From contig OZ024746.1 of assembly GCA_964016885.1 (NCBI GenBank), forward strand, positions 35,712,001 through 35,776,000: a stretch of DNA of 64,000 bases, given 5' to 3'. The notes beneath the pieces are model-generated. The model was not told where the DNA came from. It ran no database searches and saw nothing but the letters and a program-made list of their open reading frames with translations. Position 1 is the stretch's first letter, and each line of letters starts with the position of its first letter. Origin of the DNA: Eledone cirrhosa. Taxonomy: Eukaryota. Of this stretch, positions 30,209 through 48,884 are shown piece by piece. The translations under genes were made by a program, and so were the position numbers.

Positions 30209-30823
30209 TTGTTGCATAATAAGGTTGTTTCCGAGGCAATCCAAATACTTAAACATCTCTCTCCATATTATTTACTCACTTCAATCTATATTTTTACTCA
30301 ATCCGAATTATCACTTGAAAAACATTTTTGAATTCAGAATTTTTTAATGTTTAATTGTTTAATTTATAATCTCTGATATTTCATTTAGGATTTTAACTTT
30401 TAATTTTAATTTTTATTTCCAACTCTCACTCTTAACTTACAACGTAAAACCATAGTACCTAGAATTGAGTTTATTTTCCCTTATGAGTTGATGGTCAGTC
30501 TTACTGTCAACGCTTAGTGAAAGGTAGTATTATGACCTATAAAAACTAACACCCTCCCATCCCTCCTCTGGTTTTCGGCTGACTGTCACAGTAGTGATGG
30601 GTAGCAGTATATTTGGCAGGGCATAGGTGTGCCACTGACAGCGAATTTCGTTGAAATCTGCGGTGCTAATGGTCAACTTCCTTCGGACATGCGCTTGCGC
30701 AGACCGGTGGGTGTGAATTGGTACTCACAAGAAAACAGATGAAAAACCCAAAAGCACGAACTTCATCCGTTCCCATGTCGATTCAATTTGGATTGCCTCG
30801 GAAACAACCTTATCATGTAACAA

Positions 30824-30897
30824 GCTGTCTGATGATGACACGACACTCGCACACAGAACAGTGCGGCCAGTGTCGTCATTGAAATATATATCACAGC
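30824..30897 (+). ncRNA. type I hammerhead ribozyme (family G)
   Basis: GCTGT CTGATGA tgac..gacact...agtgtc gtca tt GAAA TATATA TC|ACAGC. Confidence 0.8.
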
Positions 30898-31237
30898 ATT
30901 TGGCAGTATCGGTAGAGGCTCGGACATGCTTTCCAGCATAGTTACGTCCCTTTATGATCTGAGTTCAAATCCCGCCAAGGTCAACTTTGCCTTTCATCCT
31001 TACGGGGTCGATAAAATAAAGTACCAGTAATGTACTGGGTATTTGCTGGTCTTGTGCCAAAAGTAGAAACAATTATTATTAAAGGACTTGAACATCTGAA
31101 ACTACTTCGCTTTTCCTTATTCGATATTTACTCCGTCACTCCTATGTGGAAATATTACGTTGAGTGCTTGACTTGAATTGCATCAATATTTACCCTAATA
31201 TATATATATATATGTATAAATATTTCTATGTAGCTAG

Positions 31238-31317
<80 letters not shown>

Positions 31318-31695
31318 GTGTGTGTGTGTGTGTATGCATAGTTTTGTATGTATATGCATAATTACATACATAGTTTTTTAATGCTTACTTTTATTGATTG
31401 TTTGCTCCAGCAATTATTGAGTGCTCTTAATCAGCTATAAACGTTTATACCTTTATTTGTCGTATGCCTACTATTTGAATACCTCATCCTTCCCTTTATT
31501 TTCATTTTGTGTAAGTATGTATGTATATATATATGTGCATATGTATATGTATATATATATATATGTATATATGTGTATATATGTATGTGTATATATATAT
31601 ATATATGCATAAAATTGAAAATAAATGTTTTTGTATTTCTTTTATATATATATATAAATATATATATGTGTGTGTGTGTATATGTGTGTATGTGT

Positions 31696-31735
<40 letters not shown>

Positions 31736-31788
31736 ATATGTGTGCGTGTATATATACATATGTGTGTGTATGTGTGTAGGTGTGCATA

Positions 31789-31842
<54 letters not shown>

Positions 31843-32055
31843 AATGTATTTACATATATATATGTATGTATATATATATATATATATATGCATATGTGCG
31901 TGCGTGTGTACGTACTTATGCGTATGTGTGGATGTGGTTGTATTCATTTATGTGTGCGTGTATATGTATTTGTATGTATATACTCTTTTGTGTCTGTGCT
32001 GTGGTTATATGTATGGGGTGTGCTTGTATATTTATATGTATACGTATGTGTGTGA

Positions 32056-32087
<32 letters not shown>

Positions 32088-32746
32088 GTTTTTGTATATA
32101 TGTATTTAGGTTTTTTTTGTACATTTGCTTACCACGTGCCTTTGGTCATTTATCATTATTTTTATTATTATTATTTTTATTATTTTAATTTTTATTTTAA
32201 AATTTGCCGTCTTGATAATATTTTTAATTTTTTTATTTTCGTAATCTTTATTTTTTATTTGCTTATTTGTATGTGACGGCCTACTATCGTTATTTATTCT
32301 TATTTGTGTGTGTGCATATGTATACTTTTATATGTGTGTACGTATGCATATGTGTATATATATGTGTGTGTGTATGTGTGTGTGTATGTATGTATGTGTA
32401 TGTGTATATATATGTAAATATATATCTGTATGTATATATATATATGTGTGTTGGTGTGTTTATGTATGGATATATATATTTATATATATATTTATGTGTT
32501 TGTATATGTGTCTCTGTGTATATCTATGTGTATATTTGCGTGTATATATATATATGTGTATATAAGTGTGTATATGTGAGTGTGTGTGCGTGTGTGCGTG
32601 TGTGTGTGTGTACGTGTGTGTGTACGTGTGTGTTGTTATATATTCTTATTTATTATTCCACCTCCCCTTTTTTTCCTCCAGCCTCACTTTCATATCTGTT
32701 ATATTTTTGTTTTTCAAATCCAGTGTCTATAAAGACACCAGGATTT

Positions 32747-32806
32747 TTTCATTCTGATGAATGAAAGCAATTTTGGTTGCTTTCAAGAAACCACTCGTAA
32801 ATGAAA
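32747..32806 (+). ncRNA. type I hammerhead ribozyme (family I)
   Basis: TTTCATT CTGATGA atGAAAGCAA..TTGCTTTC aa GAAA CCACTCG TA|AATGAAA. Confidence 0.75.
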
Positions 32807-32906
32807 TAATTATCTTATGTTGTTTATTACATAATTAATAAGCTCTATAATTCACATAGAGCACTCTTTTTTCCTGGTCCTTTCCGATGTAATTACTTCA
32901 TTTATC

Positions 32907-32977
<71 letters not shown>

Positions 32978-33378
32978 GTAATCTGAGTTTTCCGAATATT
33001 AATATTAACATTCGATTCGTTTGCAATTATGCAAAAAGCCTCATTTTTAAAGCCATGTCCGTAGAATAAACGCTTCATTCTTGCTCTTAACATAAGAGTA
33101 ATATTAAAGGGTTCATTCTACTGACATGGCTTAACAAATGAGGCCTGTTTGCATAATTGCAAACGAATCGAATGTTATCATTAATATTCGGAAAACTCAG
33201 ATTACATTTATATATATATATATATATATAATAATAATAAGTTGATGGAACTAGAATGACTTTCATGCTGGTACCGGTTGCATCTCAACGTATTCAATAG
33301 GTAATGTTAAGTAAACTCCCCCAATAGACACAGTTAATTGGCTTCAATAACGCACATAAATGGGTAACTTCCATTTTT

Positions 33379-33490
33379 ACCCGTGCTCGAGTTTCGGCCA
33401 CACTCAATGCAGTAATAGAGTGCACAACATATTTTGTCTGCATTTATTATGCAACACTGCACAATAGGCCATGTGGGTTCATCAGCGGAT
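33379..33490 (-). ncRNA. degenerate hammerhead (family V)
   Basis: Reverse complement reads ATCCG CTGATGA acccacat...gtgtggcc GAAA CTCGAG CA|CGGGT. The U of NUH is changed to C. Confidence 0.55.
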
Positions 33491-34416
33491 TTCGCCTAAT
33501 CACTAACAAATCGATCGACAGTACTCAATTTCAGGTATGAATGTATGTGACAGACAACATAGAGAAAACAATACCAACTGAAATCCTTACGCATCATCTT
33601 AATGATCTCCACTGATTCGCCATTGATTCAGAAATGTACGTGACGGCAGGAGACGAATTTCCAATAGCTTCGCTCCTGCATTATGCACCCAGTCAATGTA
33701 TCTCAAACACAAATCAACAAGCGAGTGAAAAATCGGTTATTAGTTAAATTCAGTCTGCAATTGATGTACAATATATAGACCTACATTCAAACAATCACAC
33801 GTACCCGTAAGCACTAACATATGCACACAGAAACAGATTCAAACCGCCTCACACAACCATCCCCCCACATATATATATATGATACAGAGACGAAACACAC
33901 ACAATATCAGGCGATGCTATCTTTTATCTTTAGACATGATCTTATTTTTATGTTTGTTTACATTTCAACACAACGTCTTCTCCTGTCAAAGACGCGCCAC
34001 CTTCGATAAAACTAAACTTTTTTATGACACAGAGAGAAATATAAATAATAATATAAAAACATAAAGACATCTACTTAATTTCGTTACGTCTTTAATATGT
34101 CTTATATGAAAAGAAGAGAGATATTTTAGTTGTTACAAACATTCCTCTTAGTAATAAATGTTTGCTTGTAAAATATGTAGAGCAGGCAACATCGTTTCGT
34201 AATGAAAGTGATCTAGAAAATGACCAAGTGCTAATGTGTGAAAAACCAAGCTTTGAATATGTGAAACAGGCAGTATATATAATTACAGGTGAAAGGGATC
34301 GTTACACTTATATACACATGCCAAGTAGATTCATAAATACAAGTGATCGCTGTATAAAAGGTTGGAATATGTAAAACAATTAAATCTAAAAAAATGATAA
34401 ATATGGAGGGAGTTGT

Positions 34417-34550
34417 CTTCTTCTTCTTCTTCTTCTTCTTCTTCTTCTTCTTCTTCTTCTTCTTCTTCTTCTTCTTCTTCTTCTTCTTCTTCTTCTTCTT
34501 CTTCTTCTTCTTCCTCCTCCTCCTCCTCCTCCTCCTCCTCCTCCTCCTCC
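34417..34550. repeat. (TTC)n-(CTC)n microsatellite
   Basis: Read directly. A second (TTC)n lies at 41948-42016. Confidence 0.95.
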
Positions 34551-34894
34551 TGATATTATTTCTGCATATGCTTCCTCATTCATTCTCTGTTCTTCAGCAA
34601 AAAATACCAGTTGATTACTTGTACTTTATTTTATCGATTATTAATAATATTATCCAATTCGTTTTCAATCACGCAATCAGGCTCTTTAAGCCATGTGAAT
34701 TGATTAGCCCCGTCATTTTTGCTCTTGTGTTGGATTATAAATAGAACGGCGTAAACAGGCTGATTGCATAATTCCAAACGAATCGAATATTATATCGAAT
34801 ATTATTATTAATATTCGAAAAACTCAGATTAACATTTATTCAATTCTGCCATGTAGTACGATAACACTATTTGTATATATATATATATATACAT

Positions 34895-34941
<47 letters not shown>

Positions 34942-34995
34942 AACGAGTAGGACCCCGACGGATGAGCTCAAGCCGTTTCGACCACAACTCCTTCG

Positions 34996-35063
<68 letters not shown>

Positions 35064-35067
35064 GTAC

Positions 35068-35148
<81 letters not shown>

Positions 35149-35149
35149 G

Positions 35150-35435
35150 TATTTACGTAAAGGAAAAGAGAGTGCTCTATGCAGGCTACATAGCTTTTTA
35201 GTTATGTAAAAATCAACATAAGATAATTATTTTATTTACTAGTCGTTTCTTGAAGACATATATTTATGTCTTTCTTCATCCACCAGAAGGAATAATATGA
35301 AATATTTATTTAATATGGATTTGAAAACAGAACTTCATATTATTCTTTCTGATGAATGAAAACAGACATAAATATCTTTCTTCAAGAAACCACTGGTAAA
35401 TGAAATAATTATATTATGCTGTTTATGACATAACT
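35150..35435. mobile_element. family I fold-back, hammerhead on + at 35343-35405
   Basis: CTGATGA atgaaaacagac...ttcaa GAAA CCACTGG TA|AATGAAA, with a diverged inverted copy at 35230-35292. Confidence 0.7.
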
Positions 35436-35480
35436 ATATATATATATATATAAATAAATGTATGCATATATATATGTATG

Positions 35481-36105
<625 letters not shown>

Positions 36106-36509
36106 CTATTATTCAGACTGAATAATTCGTTTGGATAAGCCGGAGTTTGTACCTGCTTCTCACAGGTACATCAGATAAGAACGTTTGCTTTGTGTAGCCA
36201 GTCTGCAAACTCGCTCAAAAACGTTTCGGTAAACCAGTAAATGTCAAGCTTTTAAGGAATGAGATATGAACACTAACAATAACAACTATGTGTATTTTGC
36301 GTATATGTGTGACGGTCGGATGATTATTCCCCACTACGAACTAATTTACCCTCCACCACTTGATTCCAGGATGGTGAATACATTGCCCTGGAGGACGGGA
36401 ACAGGTACTCTACTTCGCGGGGTTCTCATCTACGTGCAGCGAAATCCGCTTCGATAACGCCAAGTTGCTAAGAGGTAAACAATATACTTGCTAGCTTACG
36501 GAAAAATAA

Positions 36510-36717
36510 TGATTTCAACAATAGGCACATGGCCCCCAATTTGGGGGAGGGGAATGTCGATTAAATCAACCCCTGTGCATTACTGAACTTTATTTTATCA
36601 ACCCCGTAAAAGACAAATCTAACTCAGCGTGATTTGACTCGGAACGTAAAGGGCCATTATTCCATGTCGCTAAGCATGTTGCCCGATGCTGTACCCATTC
36701 TGCCAATCCATCACCCT
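36510..36717 (-). mobile_element. SINE family 1, diverged
   Basis: ttttatcaaccccgtaa...gatttgactc...tctgccaatcc. Confidence 0.7.
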
Positions 36718-37568
36718 TATGAGGAAAAATAATATGTACCGATTACTATTCTCTATACATATGGTTTATCTTAACAAGCTAGTGGCTATTACATGTATTT
36801 CAACCATGCAGATCAATGCAGTTCAATGGGTCTCAGCAACACGTTTGGATGAATAACTTATGTGCTATTGATGCTCTCAATATGAGCCTACATGGGCATC
36901 ACAAGAGTATTAAAAATCAATGTATTGGTATCGGTGCGTCTCATATCTAAAAACACAACTGAAGAAAGTAATCATTTATCATCAAGATCCAGTTGTCAGA
37001 TGATTCCGCTTTAGTCCATTTTGTTAAATTGATTTTTAAAATGATTTTACGTTTTTTCTTCGTTTTATACTTCACTGTTTTCTTTTTAAATAACTTCCTT
37101 TTTATTAATTGGGAAAAAAGACAAAGAAACACAATGACAAATTAAAAACAAACACTTAAACAAAATAAAGAAAACACATTATTATTAACCCCCTCCTCCA
37201 AAACGCCCACATGCATAATTAAAATACCAGGAAACACAATTTTCTGAAGTGAAAAAACGTGATTACTCTGTTTAGACGTGAAATAAGACAAACGGTAAAG
37301 TAAAGAGCAAGTAAATTAATCGATATTTTAGGAAATAATGATAGAGAACAACAATAAATCCGTAAAGAAAGTCATAAGCGACGTTGACGCTGATATTGAA
37401 AAATATAAATGGTTACAAGTTCAAATCAATCCACGGTAGCCGTTATTACAGAATAGGTTGGTACTGTTATTGCACACTGTCTGGGTAAATTTATTCATGC
37501 AAATATTCAGACCCCCCCCCATACACACACCTACACTCCCCTACACCTACACCCCCCCCACACGCACG

Positions 37569-37652
<84 letters not shown>

Positions 37653-38404
37653 CGAACATAAACTGAGAAAGCTAGTAGCGATACTCCGGTCAAATTCCAA
37701 CTCACTCAACAAACATTAGGACATATCTGAGTATATTCCTAATTAAACGTTCGGGGTGCTAACTATATTGTATTGTGTGGAGAATTTGCTGTATCATTTC
37801 ATATGAGATATATCAAATATATGACTTCCCACACGACTCATTTCATTATAAGATTTCTACAAGTTGGGTGAAATTATACTAAATTATGTAGAAGGTCGTA
37901 TAAGTTCAACATATACTTATACAAGTGGGCTCTTATAATTCTTCAGTCGGTGCCCAATAATATTAATATTGATAACCAAATCAACATCAATATTTAGCGA
38001 TAATCACCATCAGTGCTTGAGGGAGCTGCTAGGTTGTTAGTCCACCAGTTCTAAAGATTATCTCACACTGTCTCGAAAATAGCAGGAAGGAGACTACCGC
38101 CAAAAACAATACATGCGCAGGTCAGTTGAATTCCGATACGAATTCAAGGCACGTGCTTAGAACTCAATTGGATATGAGAAAATAACCATATATGCGCTTC
38201 GCTTAATGACACAGATATTTTCTCGGGCAAAATAACAGAATGTGATACAAGAACAAACAGTCAATATTCATATAAAAATATATATATATAATATATATAG
38301 AGATAGACATATATATATATGCTTATATATGTATACATATATATATAATATATATATATATACTATATAAATATATATATAGATAAATATACATATTTAT
38401 CATG

Positions 38405-38572
38405 TTTAATATAGAAATAACTTCTACAGGACTAGAACTGTTTTATTCTGATTTCTTTTGAATGAAACAGTTCTAGTCTTGTAGAAGCCATTTCTACATT
38501 AAACATTATACATTCTACTGATGTATTGTGTACCTTAATTAATATGGTTTCCTCCGATTGAACCCGGGAATC
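38405..38572. mobile_element. family K fold-back, core partly deleted
   Basis: cttctacaggactagaactgttt / gaaacagttctagtcttgtagaag. Confidence 0.8.
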
Positions 38573-39847
38573 ATAAAGGTAATTTGTTTCAAATATCTTT
38601 TAGAGAATTGCAGTAATTCTCAGGGCTCCATACGAATTTTTTGGAACCTATTTTCTTTTTATATGGCCATTGAATATGTATGGCAGAGGAAGAGTTTTCT
38701 TTTTATTTTCATATTTTATTTCTCATATCGCTCATCAAAATCATCTGCTTATTTTATTAGGTTTCGATGATATATTTTCCATAACAGCGGATAGTAACAG
38801 CTACATTTCTTACAAGCATCACTACTGAAGTCCTTGTCACTGTTTTTGTTGCAAGTCCTACTACTAGAAGCATCTACGTTATAGTTATCGTCATATTCTT
38901 TTCCATTTCACTGTCATTGATATTACTGCTACTAATACATGCATAGACAAATACACACACACGCACACGCACGCACACACACACACGCAGGTGACGAACA
39001 TTTGTTAAACAATGTTTGAACACACTATATGAAAACAAATAGTTTGGGTTATCACGTCTGGGGCTATAAAAAATTCGTCATTTGAAATATATATGAAGAA
39101 GTTATGGTATTAAACACTGTCTTTAGAAGGTAGTGCTATCGTCGAAATGTGGTCTGAATATGATTTATTGATAATAAGATTAATATTGTGGCTGCACATT
39201 AGATATCAATCCAGGGACTAGCATAGAACGTGCCAGGTTATTCTGGACCATTAAAAACTTTGCCCCCGAATGGTTACCTATAGGTAACCTTGAGCTCATC
39301 CTCTTCGAAACGCGTGTAGCATGTCGATACACTATAAATATCATATATATATGTAAACGAAACTTCCTCGTTTATTTTCTACACACACACTCACACACAC
39401 ACACACACATATATAGGTCTACATATATATATATATATATATAGTTCTTATTCTATAAATTCATTTGAATAAGTAGGATGTTTAGACATGGATATCAAGT
39501 GGATACAAATAAACATTAATTGTATAATCAGTATTCAATGTGTGCGCTGATAGCAGTTCAATAATTTGTAGTCTGGTCCCATATTGGATAGGCCAATTTC
39601 TACAAAATATCGTCCAGTTTTGCGAGCAAAGGAATATCCTGCTCATGATACATGATATTAATATGTACGTAGCTTAACACACTACAGGGACGTGTACCCT
39701 TATCACAATTAAGGTGGAGATTGGCCATGACAATATTGTCACAGGAATGACACTTTGAATTAGTGGAATATTCCAATTGCCGATGTTCCAGTCTCCATTG
39801 CCTAATTGCACTCACAAGGCCTTGGTCGAATTAAGGTCATAGTAAAT

Positions 39848-40028
39848 AACTGTTTCTACGTTAGGCACAAAGCCAGCAATTACACAGTGTATTACTGGTA
39901 CTTTATTTTATCGACCCCGTAAGGATGAAAGGCAAAGTTAACCTCGGCGGGATTTGAATTCAGAATGGCAAGGGCCGTAACTCTATGCGCCAAAGCATGG
40001 CATCCGACACTCTACCAATACTGCCAAA
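39848..40028 (-). mobile_element. SINE family 1
   Basis: Same motifs as 9205-9392. Confidence 0.85.
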
Positions 40029-40775
40029 TAATACTTGCTTGAATTGTCAAGCAATGTGATCGAACCGAGGACAATGATTGTGAAGCGTATTCATTTTTGC
40101 TGAATCAATTAAAACTGCATTAGTAGATTTGCTGAATCGTAAAAGCGTTGGACAAAACGTTGCGCCCCTACGCAAAACAAATTAGCAATTATTCGTATAT
40201 TAACTGAGATATGTTGAAGGACTCATGCTTTTCTATCGTTCTCATTTTATCTCTTATTTCAATTCTTTATTTTGTCTTACTGTTATTTTTTTCTTTTTCC
40301 CTTTTGTTTCTTACCTTGCTTTTACCTTCATTACGTTATATCTCCTGTATGAAAACAATTCATCTTTCCTTTATACATTTGTGGCTGTATTCATCGAATG
40401 AATTATTGATTTTTTTCCTTTCAACATACCAATTATAATCTATTACCAACTTCATCATTTTTGATGCTTTTATTTCCATATTTTATGGGTTGTGTCTTTT
40501 TTCGAAAATTTTAACATATATTATAAACCATTTTCCTTATTATAGAAAATAGAGATTTTTCTTTTAAATCTCAAGCAGGCATTCAACCACTCTCACTGTC
40601 TCACTAAATATACAAACAAAAACACATACACACACCCACACAGACACCCACACCCACACACACTCATATGTATATATATGTATATATATATATACGCATA
40701 TATATATATATATAAATGCATATATATATATATAAATGCATATATATATATATACCTATTATATATATATATATA

Positions 40776-40843
<68 letters not shown>

Positions 40844-40868
40844 TACACACACACACACACACACACAA

Positions 40869-40932
<64 letters not shown>

Positions 40933-41089
40933 ATAATAATAAATATGAAGACTAAAATCCAAAGAGGGCTCGATAAGGATCAATATATACCAGATATATA
41001 AGAAAGGTAGAGCAAATATTTATTATAATATAATATATTACATTATAATCTATTACAAACTTCATCATTTTTTATGTGTTTATATCAAT

Positions 41090-41307
41090 GAAGGCGTGTG
41101 GCTGAGTGGTTAGAGAATTGGATTCGCAATCGTAAAGTTGTGGGTTCGATTCCTGGACCAGGCGATGCGTTATGTCCTTGAACAAGACACTTTATTTCAC
41201 GTTGCTCCTTCGACCTGGAGTTGCGACCGATAGATAGTATTAGCAATTGGAAAGACCACGGAAACATTGTTCCCTCGGTCAGATTTGACGAAAGTCGATC
41301 GTTCCTT
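41090..41307 (+). mobile_element. tRNA-derived SINE family 2 with 11 bp target-site duplication
   Basis: tggctgagtgg (A box), ggttcgattcc (B box), tgtccttgaacaagacactttatttcacgttgctcc. TSD tttatatcaat at 41079-41089 and 41308-41318. Confidence 0.9.
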
Positions 41308-41492
41308 TTTATATCAATATTTTATGTGTGGTGATTTTTTTCGAAGATTTTAACATATATTATAAACAATTTTAATAAATGATAAATAATTTATATATAT
41401 ATATATATATATATATAGTAAATAAATATATATGTATATATTTACAAACTTACAAACATATGTAACTGCATATATATATATATAAATACATC

Positions 41493-41532
41493 CCGAGCTG
41501 ATGATCCGCGAAGGTGAAACAATTGTTCTCGG
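41493..41532 (+). ncRNA. minimal type I hammerhead (family Q) in a ~145 bp island between TA tracts
   Basis: CCGAG CTGATGA tCCgcgaaGGt GAAA CAATTG TT|CTCGG. Confidence 0.75.
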
Positions 41533-41626
41533 TATGCTGAACTAACTGCTATGTAACCACTTTTAACTAACTCGTCCCTTTGACTGAGTGCTCTACCACT
41601 ACGGATATTACCTTCCAGTGTTCCAC

Positions 41627-41689
<63 letters not shown>

Positions 41690-41985
41690 GTATATATATA
41701 TTTATATATATATATGTATATAAATATATACATATATAAATATATACATATATATGTATGTGTGTCTTTGTATGTGTATGTATGTGTATATGTGCAAGCA
41801 TGTGTTTATGTATGTATATATGAATATATATATAGGTTAACCACACATATAGAGACATGTTCTACGCTACTTCTTATTCCACTCATAATTCAAATAATTC
41901 CTTCCAGTATAATCCCCCACTTTATTTTCTTCCCATCCGCATACATATTCTTCTTCTTCTTCTTCTTCTTCTTCTTCTTCTTCTT

Positions 41986-42018
<33 letters not shown>

Positions 42019-43853
42019 GATATTATTTCTGCATCTGCTTCCTCATTCATTCTCTGTTCTTGCATCGATTTTAATGAGATACTATTCATAATGTTAAATT
42101 ATGTAACACAATCAATTATACCTTCAGGATGCATTTCTTTGTATATGAATATTTTATGTACTTATTATATTATTAAAGAATATAAGAAATTACGAAAAAA
42201 ATAAACTTGACTTGGATTAAGTTTTTGGCTGCAAAGCTTTTCTTTAAACATCTTTCATATATTTAAATTCTTTTAAACATACATTTTTTAATTATTCAGA
42301 TTCGTGCCAATGTATATGTTTTCAATGTATATTCGTAAGAGCTCCCGCAAAGCTACACACACAAAAGCAAACATACACACACCCAGACACGAACTCCTAC
42401 TTATACACACACATATACACCGAATCACACACACTCACATATATATTTCTGTAACCGGCGTTGCTTATTACTGCGTATCTTATATCTATTAAAATCTACG
42501 AACACATTGAACAACTGAGATGAACATGTGTTAGCACAATCGTTCGAGAATGTCTTGGTCCCCGGCCAAACTTTACAAACATTGGGGTTTATAGCATTAG
42601 TGTAAATCTACATGTGAATTAAAGCAGCAAATATCAGCTACCATATGGTGCTTGGTGATTCGCAGGATGCTTTTATTTACATATCGCAGACAAGAATGGT
42701 AACAGGAAGAAACTGGCGTGCGATAAGAGCCGTAGAGCAGCGATCAATCCTCTAAAATGAATGATGTGACACATTCACTAAAAAAATAATGTGCCTGCTT
42801 ACGATGAACATTGAATAGCAAATAAATGATAAGGGGAGGCCAGAAATAGCATCAGAAGGCTGTAATGCCGGAACGGACTATCGTGTTTGATTTTATCTCA
42901 CAGAGGTGGGCTGGACGAGATTTCTCAAATTATTTATATCTTTGTGGCAGAGAGCTCTTCATCTATTAAGTCTGGCAATCATGGCTTCAAACGAAGAAAG
43001 AGGTACGTTGACAGACTTAAGATTGTATTTCATTTTTACAGTATTGTAACGGACAGAATCTGAACAGATTCCATAAAAATTTACTTAACACATTTAATGC
43101 ACTCGGACTTAAAATTACGGTTAAATCAAACATCTTGCTTATGCACATTTGTTGTAAACTTGGAACTAAACACTGCTTCGTTAAACCATACCATAACCCT
43201 ACGGAAATATCGAATTATATTAATAAAGCTTGCCGTTTTCAAAAACTTAGTTTCTAAAGTTAGTCTTAGGATGTCAAAGTTATCATTAACAAGTGAGAAT
43301 TTCGATATGGCTGCGCCTTAAAAAAAACTTTCCTAGATAGTAGTTTTAAGGCCTGGAGAGGATTGGGCGCCACAAGGCATAAAAAGTGTCCATGAAATGC
43401 TGAATACCAATACGAAGAAATTACGACTCTATCAGTTGTTACAGGATAAATCATAATATACGTCCGCATTAAAAAAAGCTTTATATATAATACAATATGA
43501 TATAATATAATACGCATATAATATAACATATTTTTCTATTGTAATATATCAGATTTTCGAATATTCAACATTTTTGTGGAAAATATTACACAGAATATGT
43601 AAAAAATAGAAAGAATAGAATAGAAATGCACAGACAGAGACACAAAAACACACAGACAGACACTGACTGATAGATACTTTTTTTTTTATGTTTAGGATGG
43701 AACATTTCTAATATTGACGATTAAAGACGATTCTCGGTTCCAAAGATTGTGAGGACGCTTTGATTCACGTTTGTGTATGTATATCCGTGTTCATGTAATT
43801 AGGCACGTATTTATCTATGTATATATATATATATATATATAATATAAAAATGG

Positions 43854-43900
43854 CTTCTACAGGACTAGAACTGTTTCATTCGGGAGAAATCATCAGGAAG
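43854..43900 (-). ncRNA. type I hammerhead (family K) within fold-back 43845-43975
   Basis: Reverse complement reads CTTC CTGATGA tttctcccgaat GAAA CAG ttctagtc CTG TA|GAAG. Confidence 0.75.
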
Positions 43901-43989
43901 TTCATGCGTGGGCGTCCTGATAATTTCTCCCGAATGAAAGAGTTCTAGTCCTGTAGAAACCATTTCTATATTAAATATTTATTAACTTA

Positions 43990-44101
43990 TATATTTTATA
44001 TTTTATCTGATGAGGGGGTAACAAAAATGTTGGTATCCTTGTAATATATATAATAAAATAAATATGCTCCCATAAAGATAGTTTCCATGTATTAATATTA
44101 T

Positions 44102-44178
<77 letters not shown>

Positions 44179-44213
44179 TACTCGCTACTATATATATATA
44201 TATAATAAATATA

Positions 44214-44292
<79 letters not shown>

Positions 44293-44314
44293 TATATATA
44301 TATAGTAGCGAGTA

Positions 44315-44353
<39 letters not shown>

Positions 44354-44595
44354 ATAATATTAATACATGGAAACTATCTTTCTGGGAGCATATTTATTTT
44401 ATTATATATATTACAAGGATACCAACATTTTTGTTACCCCCTCATCAGATAAAATATAAAAGTTGTTTTACAGATAGTGAAATATTCAAACCAAGAACTT
44501 ATCGCTTTGGGTTCTGTTTGAATAATAGAATACATCTAATCTGTTATAAAATAAATTTGTTGAATAAACAACAAATTAAATAACTCATTGCTTAT
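43990..44595. mobile_element. family J inverted pair with a hammerhead-like fold carrying GTAA instead of GAAA
   Basis: 44001-44058 (+) and 44397-44454 (-). Further copies at 56995-57238 and 60150-60398. Confidence 0.8.
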
Positions 44596-44619
44596 ATATA
44601 TATATATATATATATCACG

Positions 44620-44872
44620 TTGACCGACCAGTCTGTCGGGCGCCAATCGGGGCCGCTATTCACAGCATGTCGTGCTGTTTTAGCCATAAGATAACGCCAT
44701 CCTACTGGCTGGGCGGACAGGCTGGTACTCATTTCTACAGCTGAGTAAAAGGAGCAACGTCAAATAAAGTGTCTTGCTCAAGGAAACAACACATCACCCT
44801 CTCCAAGAATTGAACACACAACCTTTCGATTGCAAGCCCAATGCTCTAACCACTAAGCCATCCGCCTTCACA
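44620..44872 (-). mobile_element. SINE family 2
   Basis: Reverse complement reads gaaggcggatggcttagtggttagagc...ccttgagcaagacactttattt. Confidence 0.85.
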
Positions 44873-44874
44873 TG

Positions 44875-44919
<45 letters not shown>

Positions 44920-44962
44920 CTACAGCTATATGTGTATATCTGTAGATGAGTTTGTATATGTT

Positions 44963-48551
<3,589 letters not shown>

Positions 48552-48555
48552 TTGT

Positions 48556-48599
<44 letters not shown>

Positions 48600-48757
48600 T
48601 AAAATAACAGATTAAAGTTTAAGCAAAGAATCGCTGCTTTCACCCTTAACGGGATCTTCTGAAACTATTTGATATATACTGAAAATATTTGATATATACT
48701 TTCCTTATCGAGCCCTCTATGGATTTTAGTCTTCAATTTTATTATTATTAGTTATTA

Positions 48758-48884
<127 letters not shown>

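Noticed and set aside
34162-34374. 70 aa non-repetitive ORF
   Set aside because: Non-ATG start, no recognisable domain and no clear splice context
36130-36185. Minus-strand CTGATGT plus GTACCTG/CAGGTAC hairpin
   Set aside because: Core incomplete and stem I does not pair
41090-41162. tRNA-like sequence
   Set aside because: It is a SINE head followed by the SINE body and a TSD, not a tRNA gene
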